A stretch of 25,312 nucleotides of DNA, from NCBI GenBank assembly GCA_031372065.1, contig JANMKN010000303.1:1-25312 (forward strand). The letters run 5' to 3'. Under the pieces are notes generated by a model, which was given only the letters and a program-made list of their open reading frames with translations, made no database searches and was not told the origin of the DNA. The position numbers and the translations under genes are program-made. Shown here piece after piece: positions 17,015 to 24,890 of the stretch (position 1 is its first letter; the number at the start of each line of letters is the position of its first letter). This stretch comes from Abditibacteriaceae bacterium. Its GTDB lineage: Bacteria > Armatimonadota > Abditibacteriia > Abditibacteriales > Abditibacteriaceae.

Positions 17015-17065
17015 AGTCTGCTCTCTTGTCTTAGTTCTGTCAATGAAAAGATTAGTTTCGGTCAA
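17015..17065 (-). promoter_or_regulatory. Promoter of the CarH-like gene with overlapping 11-bp direct repeats (candidate operator)
   Basis: TTGACA (17043-17038), a 17-bp spacer, then CAGACT (17020-17015), ending 7 nt before the GTG. The 11-bp register reads TTGACCGAAAC / TAATCTTTTCA / TTGACAGAACT / AAGACAAGAGA. Confidence 0.6.
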
Positions 17066-17070
17066 AGTTC

Positions 17071-18051
17071 TCACGGCGCGGGCGCGATGGGTTTAAGCGT
17101 CCACGAATGCAACGATTGCCCGCTATCGTTGATAAATTCGCCGTGCATTTCGCTGGGTGTGAGAACAATGCCGGCAAAGCCGCGCGAGGAATAGAAATAC
17201 GGGCCGAAATCGTTGGTCAGGCGCGGACGAAATTCCGCGCCGCCGCCACTGATGATAACTTTGGTCGGATGCGCCGGATTGATGACATCTTGCAAATTAT
17301 GGTCGTGGCCGGCAAGCATTGCATCCACGCCATATTTGGTGAAAAGCGGGCCCAAAATGTCGCGCAGTTTTTTCAATTCGGCATCGGGCGCGTGGGCGCC
17401 ATCGGTGAAAAGCGGATGATGGCACACCACAAATTGCCAGTTGGCTTTGGAGTTTTTCAGGCCCTCAGTCAGCCACGCCAATTGCGCATCGGCTAATTTT
17501 TTCGTCTCGTAATTCCACAAATCGGTATCAATAAAAAAGAAATCGGCCAGCGGCGGCGTGGGCGCAGCTTGATTTGGCAGCCAAAAGCTGCGCTTGAAAT
17601 AAAAACCGTCCATTTGCCAGCGCGTTTTTTGCCCAAGGGCGCCGCGCGTTCCGGCGTAGGCGATTTCGGCTGCCGGATTAGTGCGCCAATCGTGATTGCC
17701 CAAAACCGCGATAAACGGCATCGGCAAGCGAATCGGGTCATACAAATTCTCGAATTTGTTTTGCCATTGTGGGTCGTCCACGCCGGTGACACCATTTTCA
17801 TAAAAATTGTCGCCCACCAACGCGACAAATTGCAGCGGGCTATCGGCTTTGTGGGCCTCCGCGTAGCGCGCCAACGCTTCGGCGACTTGTTTTTGCCCCG
17901 GCGAGGCCAATTCGGGTTGTGTTTCGCTAAGTGGCTTGCCCCAATCGCCCATGACGGCAAAGCGAAATTCATCCGGCGCCGCTTGCGCGAAGCTGATTTG
18001 TAGTGATAAAGCAGCGCCGAGCGCCAGTTTGAGAAATGTTTTTCTTTGCAT
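17071..18051 (-). CDS. Secreted purple/tartrate-resistant acid phosphatase-like metallophosphoesterase
   Basis: Motifs GDWG, GDNFYENGV, LGNHD, HHPL and GHDH. ATG 18051 has a GGAG SD and a signal peptide MQRKTFLK...AQA. Confidence 0.9.
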   Translation of the reverse strand: MQRKTFLKLALGAALSLQISFAQAAPDEFRFAVMGDWGKPLSETQPELASPGQKQVAEALARYAEAHKADSPLQFVALVGDNFYENGVTGVDDPQWQNKFENLYDPIRLPMPFIAVLGNHDWRTNPAAEIAYAGTRGALGQKTRWQMDGFYFKRSFWLPNQAAPTPPLADFFFIDTDLWNYETKKLADAQLAWLTEGLKNSKANWQFVVCHHPLFTDGAHAPDAELKKLRDILGPLFTKYGVDAMLAGHDHNLQDVINPAHPTKVIISGGGAEFRPRLTNDFGPYFYSSRGFAGIVLTPSEMHGEFINDSGQSLHSWTLKPIAPAP

Positions 18052-18082
18052 GAGAATCTCCGATTTCAAAGGTTGTTAATGG

Positions 18083-18221
18083 TAAGTAGTCGGACACAAT
18101 TAAATGGGCCTATCCCTGAGAACCCAGAGCGTAAGCGACGGGCTTTTCTGCGAGCCAATTAAGCCCGTCGCTTACGCTCTGGGTTCTCCCTTGGCATAAT
18201 CTATTTCTGTCCGACTACTTA
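18083..18221. mobile_element. MITE-like element with an internal 28-bp perfect inverted repeat
   Basis: Terminal TAAGTAGTCGGACA (18083-18096) pairs with TGTCCGACTACTTA (18208-18221), with TA at both ends. The inner arms 18118-18145 and 18161-18188 are exact reverse complements. Confidence 0.8.
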
Positions 18222-18245
18222 GTTTAGAATATCCGGCTTTCTTTT

Positions 18246-18323
18246 ATTTTTATCAGGAAGGCAGGAAGAAAGAAAAAGCAGGGAGAGATTTTCTTCCTCT
18301 CTTCATTCTTTCCTGATAAAAAT
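18246..18323. repeat. Purine/pyrimidine-skewed long hairpin upstream of xylA
   Basis: ATTTTTATCAGGAA (18246-18259) pairs with TTCCTGATAAAAAT (18310-18323), enclosing CAGGAAG-type repeats. Confidence 0.65.
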
Positions 18324-18355
18324 TACTTACCGCCTGCATTTAAAGGACAATCACT

Positions 18356-19405
18356 GTGACTGATAGCAATTGGAGCCGTAAAGAAGATTTTCGTTTTTCC
18401 GCCGGGCCGTGGAATTTGCATCCCGGCGCCGACCCGTTTGGCCCTGTTGTGCGCCCTGAACGCGAATTGGCCGAAAAATGCCGTTTGTTCAAAGAAATGG
18501 GCTTCGATTATGTGCAGTTTCATGACGACGATGCTGTTGTGGACGAAGCAACGAGTGCCGAACGCGAACGCATCGCGGGCAACATCAAAAAACTGCTGGA
18601 CGATCACGGTTTGAAGGCCGAATTCGTCGCGCCGCGCTATTGGGAAGACGCGTGCGGCATTGATGGCCCTGTCACCAGCAACAACGCCGCAGATCGCCAA
18701 TGGGCTTTGGAACGTGGCAAGCGCGCCGTGGACGTGGCGAACATTTTAGGCACCAAAGACATCGTCTGGTGGCCGGCGCGCGAAGGCACTTACATCCGCG
18801 AAAGCAAAGACGCGCGGCGCGGCTTCGATTATATGCTGGAATGGGCCAACGCCCTGCTCGCTTACGACAAAAACATTCGCATTTTAGGCGAAATGAAGCC
18901 CAACGAACCGATGGATTTGATGTTCGTGCCGACTACGGGCCATTGGCTGGCGTTTGCGCACAAAACCAGCGACCCGTCGCGTGTCGGCGCGCTCATCGAA
19001 AGCGCGCACTGCATTTTAGCGGGCCTCGACCCGTCCGAAGAATTCGCGTATGCCTTGTGGCACGAAAAGTTGTGGGGCGTGCATCTCAACGACCAAAACG
19101 GCCTGAAATATGACCAGGACAAAGCCTTTGGCGCTGTAGATTTGCGCCGCGCCTTCAACCAAGTGGATGTTTTAGTGCGCAATGGCTACGGCAAAAACGG
19201 CGAAGTTGTCGGCCTTGATGTCAAAGCGATGCGCACTCAACCGGCGGAACTTTCGCATTTGCATTTGAAGCACTCGAAGGAAATCTTTTTCGATTTGGTC
19301 GAACTGAGCCACAAAATCAACCGCGACGAGTGGCAAAGCTACGTCGCCGCGCGCGATTACGAAGGCTTGGAACGCTTTATTTTGAAGAACTTGTTAGGAA
19401 AATAA
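18356..19405 (+). CDS. xylA: Xylose isomerase (short, class I-like)
   Basis: Motifs GADPFGP, FHDDD, WPAREG, EMKPNEP, ESAH and HLNDQNGLKYDQD. An AAAGGA SD precedes the GTG. Confidence 0.82.
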   Translation: MTDSNWSRKEDFRFSAGPWNLHPGADPFGPVVRPERELAEKCRLFKEMGFDYVQFHDDDAVVDEATSAERERIAGNIKKLLDDHGLKAEFVAPRYWEDACGIDGPVTSNNAADRQWALERGKRAVDVANILGTKDIVWWPAREGTYIRESKDARRGFDYMLEWANALLAYDKNIRILGEMKPNEPMDLMFVPTTGHWLAFAHKTSDPSRVGALIESAHCILAGLDPSEEFAYALWHEKLWGVHLNDQNGLKYDQDKAFGAVDLRRAFNQVDVLVRNGYGKNGEVVGLDVKAMRTQPAELSHLHLKHSKEIFFDLVELSHKINRDEWQSYVAARDYEGLERFILKNLLGK

Positions 19406-19410
19406 CTTTG

Positions 19411-19452
19411 AAAAAGGAGGACGAAAAATTATTTTCTGTCCTCCTTCTTTTT
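19411..19452. terminator. Probable bidirectional terminator between convergent genes
   Basis: AAAAAGGAGGAC-GAAAA...TTTTC-T-GTCCTCCTTCTTTTT; it overlaps the last codons of the minus-strand gene. Confidence 0.6.
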
Positions 19453-20217
19453 TACAGGCGAAGCCCACACTTCGACTTCACTATATTGATTTTGCGGGTC
19501 GGAAGTGTTGCCGCGACTGTATAAGCGCACATAGCGCGCCGGTTCAGCCTCAAAGGAAATCCATTGGCCCTCTGTGTCTTCATAATATTCGCGGTCTTTG
19601 CCGACGCCGAAGCCGGACGAATTATCATCATCGTTGTTGTAAACCGTGCGCACGTTTTTAGTGAATTCAACGTCATTGGCGAGGTGAATAACGACATCAC
19701 GATAAACCCGTCGGGTGCCGTATGACGCCACACTATGCCACAATAAAACGCCGTGAATTTTAAACTTTTCTTTTAAATCAATCTGCACCCACTGCGTCCC
19801 CGGCCCAATTTCAACTAAATGCACCTCGGTGAGTTCTTTATCACCATCGGTTATCTGTGAAATCTTGCCAATAATAGGAAAATCGTCGCTGCTCGTAACC
19901 GGCTTATGCAGCGCCACATTGCGCGCATCGGCAGGCAAATAAACTTTGCCACGCGGTTGGTGAGGCAAGGCCGTCGTTTGGAGACGACTACCTTGCAATG
20001 AGACATAGAGGGGGCGTGGCAATTCAAATTTGACTTCTTTATAACCCGCAGGAACTTGATTCGGCTTTACCTTTTTTGAAGTTGCATTGATGGGAAGTTT
20101 CGGCGTTGATTTCTTTGTCTGCGTTTTTGCCTGAGCAGTTGGTTTAACTGCCTGCTTCGTTTTCGCGCAAAGGGCAAAACTCAACATCATCAAAAATAAC
20201 ACAATGAAAAAGCGCAT
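19429..20217 (-). CDS. Secreted discoidin (F5/8 type C)/galactose-binding-like domain protein
   Basis: Signal peptide and Lys-rich linker, then NVALHKPVTSS, ITDGD, QWVQIDL, ARYVRLY and YSEVEVW. Confidence 0.75.
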   Translation of the reverse strand: MRFFIVLFLMMLSFALCAKTKQAVKPTAQAKTQTKKSTPKLPINATSKKVKPNQVPAGYKEVKFELPRPLYVSLQGSRLQTTALPHQPRGKVYLPADARNVALHKPVTSSDDFPIIGKISQITDGDKELTEVHLVEIGPGTQWVQIDLKEKFKIHGVLLWHSVASYGTRRVYRDVVIHLANDVEFTKNVRTVYNNDDDNSSGFGVGKDREYYEDTEGQWISFEAEPARYVRLYSRGNTSDPQNQYSEVEVWASPVKKKEDRK

Positions 20218-20609
20218 TATATTGTTTCTATTTTCTCCTGATTCAAAATATCCAACACCATTTGTGCGTTGACGGGCTTGGTGAAATAGGACGCGGCACC
20301 GAGGCGGGCGGCGCGTTCGATGTCGGAAGGAACAGGGCTGCTGCTAAGAAGAATAACGGGAATATTTTTAGTTTTTTCGTTGGCTTTGAGCAAAATCAGC
20401 AGTTCAAAACCATCGCGGCCCGGCAATTTAATATCCAGCAAAATAGCATCGGGCAGCGTTGCGGTTTTTTCTAAAAAATCCAGCGCAGCGCCACTATCGG
20501 CGGCGTGATGAATTTCCATAGCCACGCCGCTGTTCTTGAATTCGCGGCGCGCTAAAAAAACGTGGTCGGGATTGTCTTCAATAAGTAGAATTTGCAAACT
20601 TTTGTTCAT
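20217..20609 (-). CDS. Single-domain response regulator (Rcp1-like receiver)
   Basis: Motifs ILLIEDNPDH, ILLDIKLPGRDG, IPVILLSSS and YFTKP. Confidence 0.93.
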   Translation of the reverse strand: MNKSLQILLIEDNPDHVFLARREFKNSGVAMEIHHAADSGAALDFLEKTATLPDAILLDIKLPGRDGFELLILLKANEKTKNIPVILLSSSPVPSDIERAARLGAASYFTKPVNAQMVLDILNQEKIETI

Positions 20610-22666
20610 GTGATTTCCGCAACATTTGGATTTTTACTAATTGTAAAATAAAAAGTCGTGCCCTGCTTGAGGCCCTCGGACTGCACCCACGCCCGTCCGC
20701 CATGCGCTTCAGCAGTGCGGCGCACTGTGGCAAGACCAATGCCACTGCCCGCCACACTATTAGCTTCATATTCACCGACACGCTGAAAAATGCCGAAGGC
20801 TTTGTCTAAATTCTCTGCCGCGATGCCCAAACCGTTATCCGCAATTTCAAAACGATAGGCGTCGTTTTCCTCCACACTTTTTACGCTAATGCAACGCACC
20901 GGCTTGGCGGGATCGCAGTATTTGATGGCGTTGTCCAGCAGGTTCAAAAACAGTTGGCGCACGCGTTTTTTCTCGCAAAAAATTGTCGGCAAATCGGGCG
21001 CGATTTCGATTTGCACGGCGTTGGCTTGCGCTTGCAAAGTCAGTTCGGCAGCCGCTTCGCGCGCCAGTTGATGTGTATCGGCCTCGTCCCAACTTTCGCG
21101 CACGCGCCCGATGCGCGAAAGTTCGATCAGTTCGCCAATCAAACTTTCCAATTGCGCGGCGTTTTTGTTGATGCGTTCAAGGTAAAAACCGGCCTCTTCG
21201 GGCAACTGCGCGTCGAAATCTTTGTGTAGCGCCTCCAGATAGCCTTGAATCGAAATCAGCGGCGCTTTTAAGTCGTGCGACACGGTATAAACGAACGCTT
21301 CCAGTTCTTTATTTTTTTCTTGCAAACGCGCGCTGCTGGCTGCCAAAGCATCGCGCGCGGCTTGCAATTCGGCGGCACGCTGCTGGCTTTGGTGAAACAA
21401 ACGCGCGTTATCCAGCGCAATCGCCACTTGCGCGGCGGCACGTTCGAGTAAGGCGATTTCTTGGTTTGTCCATTGGCGTGTTTCGCCGCATTGATGCAAG
21501 GCAATCACGCCCACATTTTCGCCGCGCAAAAGCAGCGGAGTGGCGAGCAAAGCACGCACGCCTTGAGCTTTGAGTTCCTCGCGGTCAGGCGCGTTTTCGA
21601 TGTCTGGAAGTGCTAAAGTTGAGGTGTTTTCTAAAAAGCGCGCATTTTCGCAGGGCGAATTTTCAAGCGGTGCGATACCGGGCGCTTGCCATTGAAACCA
21701 CAGCGGCGATTCACCAGTCAGGCACAAAACGCAGCGAGAGGCGTGCAAGGCTTCGCCTAATTCGCGCGCGGTGGTTTGCAAAACTGTGGCAGGGTCAAGC
21801 GAGCGCGTCACGGCAGAAGTTAAGCGGCCCGATAATTTTTCGTGTTCCAGTCGTGCGCCGATGGCCCCGGCCATCGCATTCATGGCGCGCGTGACTTCGC
21901 CAAATTCATCGGGGCCACCAACGACACACTGGCTGTAATCGCCACTTTCGATGCGCCGCGATTGCGCCACCATGCTATCCAATGGCCTTGTCACAGCACG
22001 GGACAAACCAAGGCCCATAACTATCGCTAAAACAATCGCCGCGCCTTCGAGCGCCCATAAATTCCACATCGAAAACAAGCGAAAGCGGTCGGCGCCCGAT
22101 AATTCCGTGCGACGATATGCCATTAATTCATCGCGCGTGTCGTTAAAATCGCTTTCGGCCTCATCGAAAGGGCGCCACGTTGAGTGGGCATCCAGCAGTT
22201 TGGGGGCGCGCAAGGCTGTAATTAACGGTTCGGCGATTTCGCGCTGCCAGTCGCCGCCGTCGTCATAAAATTTATTAAGGCGTTTTTCCACTTCCGATTT
22301 TGTTGGCACTTGCGCGATGGCGGCTTTATAACTTTCGTCAAACTGCGCCTTGGCTGCATTGTAGGGCGTAACGTAGGTTTTTTCGGCGTCGTCTTTGGCC
22401 GCGTCATTGGAGTTGGCCGCATTATCGCGCATCCATGAATTCAAACCGCGCGCGGCATTTTCCATCGCCTGCGCGCTCTGCCGCATTTGCGTGACCTCAA
22501 TCATCAATTGATCGGTGCCCGTGGCGCTAACGCGATAACGCTCCACGGTTTCATTCGCCACGCGAAATTGATACCACGCCACCAACGCCAGCAGGCACGG
22601 CACAATCAATAAACCAAGGCGCACGCGCCACGCAATGCTCCATAAGCGGGGGGGGAACGGTTTCAT
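20606..22666 (-). CDS. Membrane sensor histidine kinase (periplasmic helical sensor, HAMP, GAF, HisKA, HATPase)
   Basis: Two TM segments, HAMP DEFGEVTRAMNAM, GAF ...HQCGETRQW..., H-box VSHDLKAPL, NLLDNAIKY, DNGLGI and GSGIGL. Confidence 0.93.
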   Translation of the reverse strand: MKPFPPRLWSIAWRVRLGLLIVPCLLALVAWYQFRVANETVERYRVSATGTDQLMIEVTQMRQSAQAMENAARGLNSWMRDNAANSNDAAKDDAEKTYVTPYNAAKAQFDESYKAAIAQVPTKSEVEKRLNKFYDDGGDWQREIAEPLITALRAPKLLDAHSTWRPFDEAESDFNDTRDELMAYRRTELSGADRFRLFSMWNLWALEGAAIVLAIVMGLGLSRAVTRPLDSMVAQSRRIESGDYSQCVVGGPDEFGEVTRAMNAMAGAIGARLEHEKLSGRLTSAVTRSLDPATVLQTTARELGEALHASRCVLCLTGESPLWFQWQAPGIAPLENSPCENARFLENTSTLALPDIENAPDREELKAQGVRALLATPLLLRGENVGVIALHQCGETRQWTNQEIALLERAAAQVAIALDNARLFHQSQQRAAELQAARDALAASSARLQEKNKELEAFVYTVSHDLKAPLISIQGYLEALHKDFDAQLPEEAGFYLERINKNAAQLESLIGELIELSRIGRVRESWDEADTHQLAREAAAELTLQAQANAVQIEIAPDLPTIFCEKKRVRQLFLNLLDNAIKYCDPAKPVRCISVKSVEENDAYRFEIADNGLGIAAENLDKAFGIFQRVGEYEANSVAGSGIGLATVRRTAEAHGGRAWVQSEGLKQGTTFYFTISKNPNVAEIT

Positions 22667-22670
22667 AATG

Positions 22671-22764
22671 GAGGAGGCAGGTGGCAGGTGGCAGGTGGCA
22701 GTAAAATTAGCCTAATTGGTAGTGACTGCTTACTGCTCCCCGCTGCCTCCTGCCTCCTGCCTCC
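22671..22764. repeat. Heptamer-periodic inverted repeat
   Basis: GGCAGGT repeats, then GGCAGTAA...TTACTGC, then CTGCCTC repeats. Confidence 0.8.
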
Positions 22765-23903
22765 TAACTTTCCGCACGCGGCAAGGCCAGACAAAAGGTT
22801 GCACCTTCATTGGGTGTGGGCGGGGCGGCCCATAAGCGCCCGTTGTGATTTTCTAAAATGCGGCGGCAAATGCCGAGGCCAAGGCCACTGCCTTTGGTTT
22901 CGCCAACGCCAGTGTTTTTTGTGGTAAAGCCGGTTTCAAAAAGATGCTCGAAGGCTTCGGGCGCGATGCCGGGGCCATCGTCGCTAATGCTGGCGATGAC
23001 TTCGCCGTCGCTTTCCTGAATCGCCACCCGCAACGTGCCTTTCGTTTTTCCGGCGATTTCCACCGATTGCGCGGCGTTGCGAAACAAATTAATAAAAACC
23101 TGCTTCAACTCATCGCGATTGGCGATAACAAGGCCATTTTTTTGAAAATCGCGCTCAATTTCCATGCGATAGCGAAACGAACGATCAAAACGCATGAAAG
23201 CTAATGTCTCGTCCACCAATTCGGAAAGCAGCATTGGTATGCGCTGTCCGGTGCCCGATGAAGTCGAAAGCACTTCGTCCAACACGCGATTGAGGTGCAT
23301 ACAATTGTCCGCAATGGTGCGGGCGCATTTGCGCAAATCATCGGGCGGCAATCTATCGAGGTTGTCGCGAATGAGCGCGGCCATGCCAGAAATCACCGTC
23401 ATCGGATTGCGGATTTCGTGGGCAATGCCCGCCGCCACTTCGCCGATGGCCGCCATACGCGCAAAACGGACGTGTTCGGCTTCCAGTTGCTCGGTGCGAC
23501 GGCGCAATTGGTCGCGCTCCATGACTTTTTGCACCACCGCCGAATAAATTTCATTATTGGCGCCGCTTTTCACGATGTAATCGCTGGCCCCGCGCCGCAA
23601 GGCTTCCACCGCAATTTGTTCGCTGCCCTGCCCGGTAATGATAATAATCGGCGCCAAAACACCAGCTTCGCGTAAACGTGCCAGCACATCCAAGCCGCTC
23701 ATATCGGGCAAGCCATTATCCAGCAAAATCGCGTCAAAGGGCGTTTCCGATGAATGCACCAAACGCATGGCTTCGGCACCGCTCCAAGCTGTCGCGATAG
23801 TGCAACGCAGTGCCGATTCCAACTCGCGACGTGCCAAAAATAAATGATCAATATTATCGTCCACCAGCAAAATGCAGGGCGACACTTCAGGGGATGAATT
23901 CAT
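22764..23903 (-). CDS. Hybrid receiver-histidine kinase (REC, HisKA, HATPase)
   Basis: Motifs ILLVDDNIDH, LLDNGLPDMSG, DYIVK, H-box IAHEIRNPM, QVFINLFRNA, DDGPGI, FTTK and GSGLGL. ATG 23903 is preferred over TTG 23981. Confidence 0.92.
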   Translation of the reverse strand: MNSSPEVSPCILLVDDNIDHLFLARRELESALRCTIATAWSGAEAMRLVHSSETPFDAILLDNGLPDMSGLDVLARLREAGVLAPIIIITGQGSEQIAVEALRRGASDYIVKSGANNEIYSAVVQKVMERDQLRRRTEQLEAEHVRFARMAAIGEVAAGIAHEIRNPMTVISGMAALIRDNLDRLPPDDLRKCARTIADNCMHLNRVLDEVLSTSSGTGQRIPMLLSELVDETLAFMRFDRSFRYRMEIERDFQKNGLVIANRDELKQVFINLFRNAAQSVEIAGKTKGTLRVAIQESDGEVIASISDDGPGIAPEAFEHLFETGFTTKNTGVGETKGSGLGLGICRRILENHNGRLWAAPPTPNEGATFCLALPRAES

Positions 23904-24039
23904 AGCTGTAACAGCCTGTCGCTGATAAGAGTGAGTATGCCCCAAACCAGAAAAAATCAGCAGGGACAATGCAAAACGCAAACCGGCAGCTTCGTTAAAA
24001 GGGAGGTCAGTGGTTTAGGTGTCGCTTGAGTTTCCGTGG

Positions 24040-24741
24040 CTATTGCGCTTGTTTTCGGGCCACTTCCACGGCGGCGCGGATGGCATTTTCGAGGCGTTCG
24101 GCGGCTTTTTCGCGTTGCTGGCGGGCGGGCAGCGATTTCAAATCGTCGAAGTTGATCGGCTCTGCGAAATGCACGCGCACAGGCGCCAAAGTCGGGCGAG
24201 GCTTCAGTTCTTTGTAGGGCAAAACTTTGTCAATGCCAACCACACCGGCGGGCACAATCGGCGCGCCGGTGCGCAGCGCAATCATCACCGCACCGGGCAA
24301 AACCGGCCCCATTTCGCCGGTGGGCGAAACGCGCCCTTCGGGAAAAATGACGAGTCCGTGGCCACGCTTGAGCAATTCTTCGCAGCGACGCAGCGCGGCA
24401 CGGTCGGGACTGCCGGGGTCAACCGGAAAGGTTTGCCAAAACGAAATCAGCGGCCCGACGAGGCGGTCATCGAATAATTCGCGCTTGCCCATCCACCACA
24501 AAGGCCGAAAAACGCTGGCCGAAATCAACGGCGGGTCGCCATCGGACGAATGATTGGGGCAAATCAACACCGCGCCGCGCAACGGAATGTTTTTGCGCCC
24601 CGTCACGCGCAAATTCGGCGCGCAGCAACGCACCACAAAACGCACAATTAAATGCACAAGCGGGCTAAAAATGTGAAAATTCAGCGTAGATTCCAAACGT
24701 TCATCGGCTTTTAGTTGGTGTTGTTTCGGTTTTTCACTCAT
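24040..24741 (-). CDS. plsC: 1-acyl-sn-glycerol-3-phosphate acyltransferase family protein
   Basis: NHSSDGD (HX4D), MGKRELF, IFPEGRVS and APIVP. Confidence 0.85.
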   Translation of the reverse strand: MSEKPKQHQLKADERLESTLNFHIFSPLVHLIVRFVVRCCAPNLRVTGRKNIPLRGAVLICPNHSSDGDPPLISASVFRPLWWMGKRELFDDRLVGPLISFWQTFPVDPGSPDRAALRRCEELLKRGHGLVIFPEGRVSPTGEMGPVLPGAVMIALRTGAPIVPAGVVGIDKVLPYKELKPRPTLAPVRVHFAEPINFDDLKSLPARQQREKAAERLENAIRAAVEVARKQAQ

Positions 24742-24756
24742 CGCACAAAGGGTATC

Positions 24757-24791
24757 AAAAAAGCCCGCCGAATGATTTTCGGCGGACTTTT
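24757..24791 (-). terminator. Intrinsic terminator downstream of the PIN gene
   Basis: The minus strand reads AAAAGTCCGCCGAA-AATCA-TTCGGCGGGCTTTTTT. Confidence 0.75.
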
Positions 24792-24890
24792 CGTTTTGCG
24801 ATTCCTACAAACTTTAAGCGTGATTTTCGCACAGAAACCCATCTACTCAATGGTCACACTCATCGTGTGTTCCACACTTTCAAGTTGATT

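Noticed and set aside
21400..21810. Cyanobacteriochrome/phytochrome-type light-sensing GAF
   Set aside because: It has the HQC..RQW tail but lacks the bilin-binding Cys-His (the region reads PDREEL), and there are no PAS/PHY domains.
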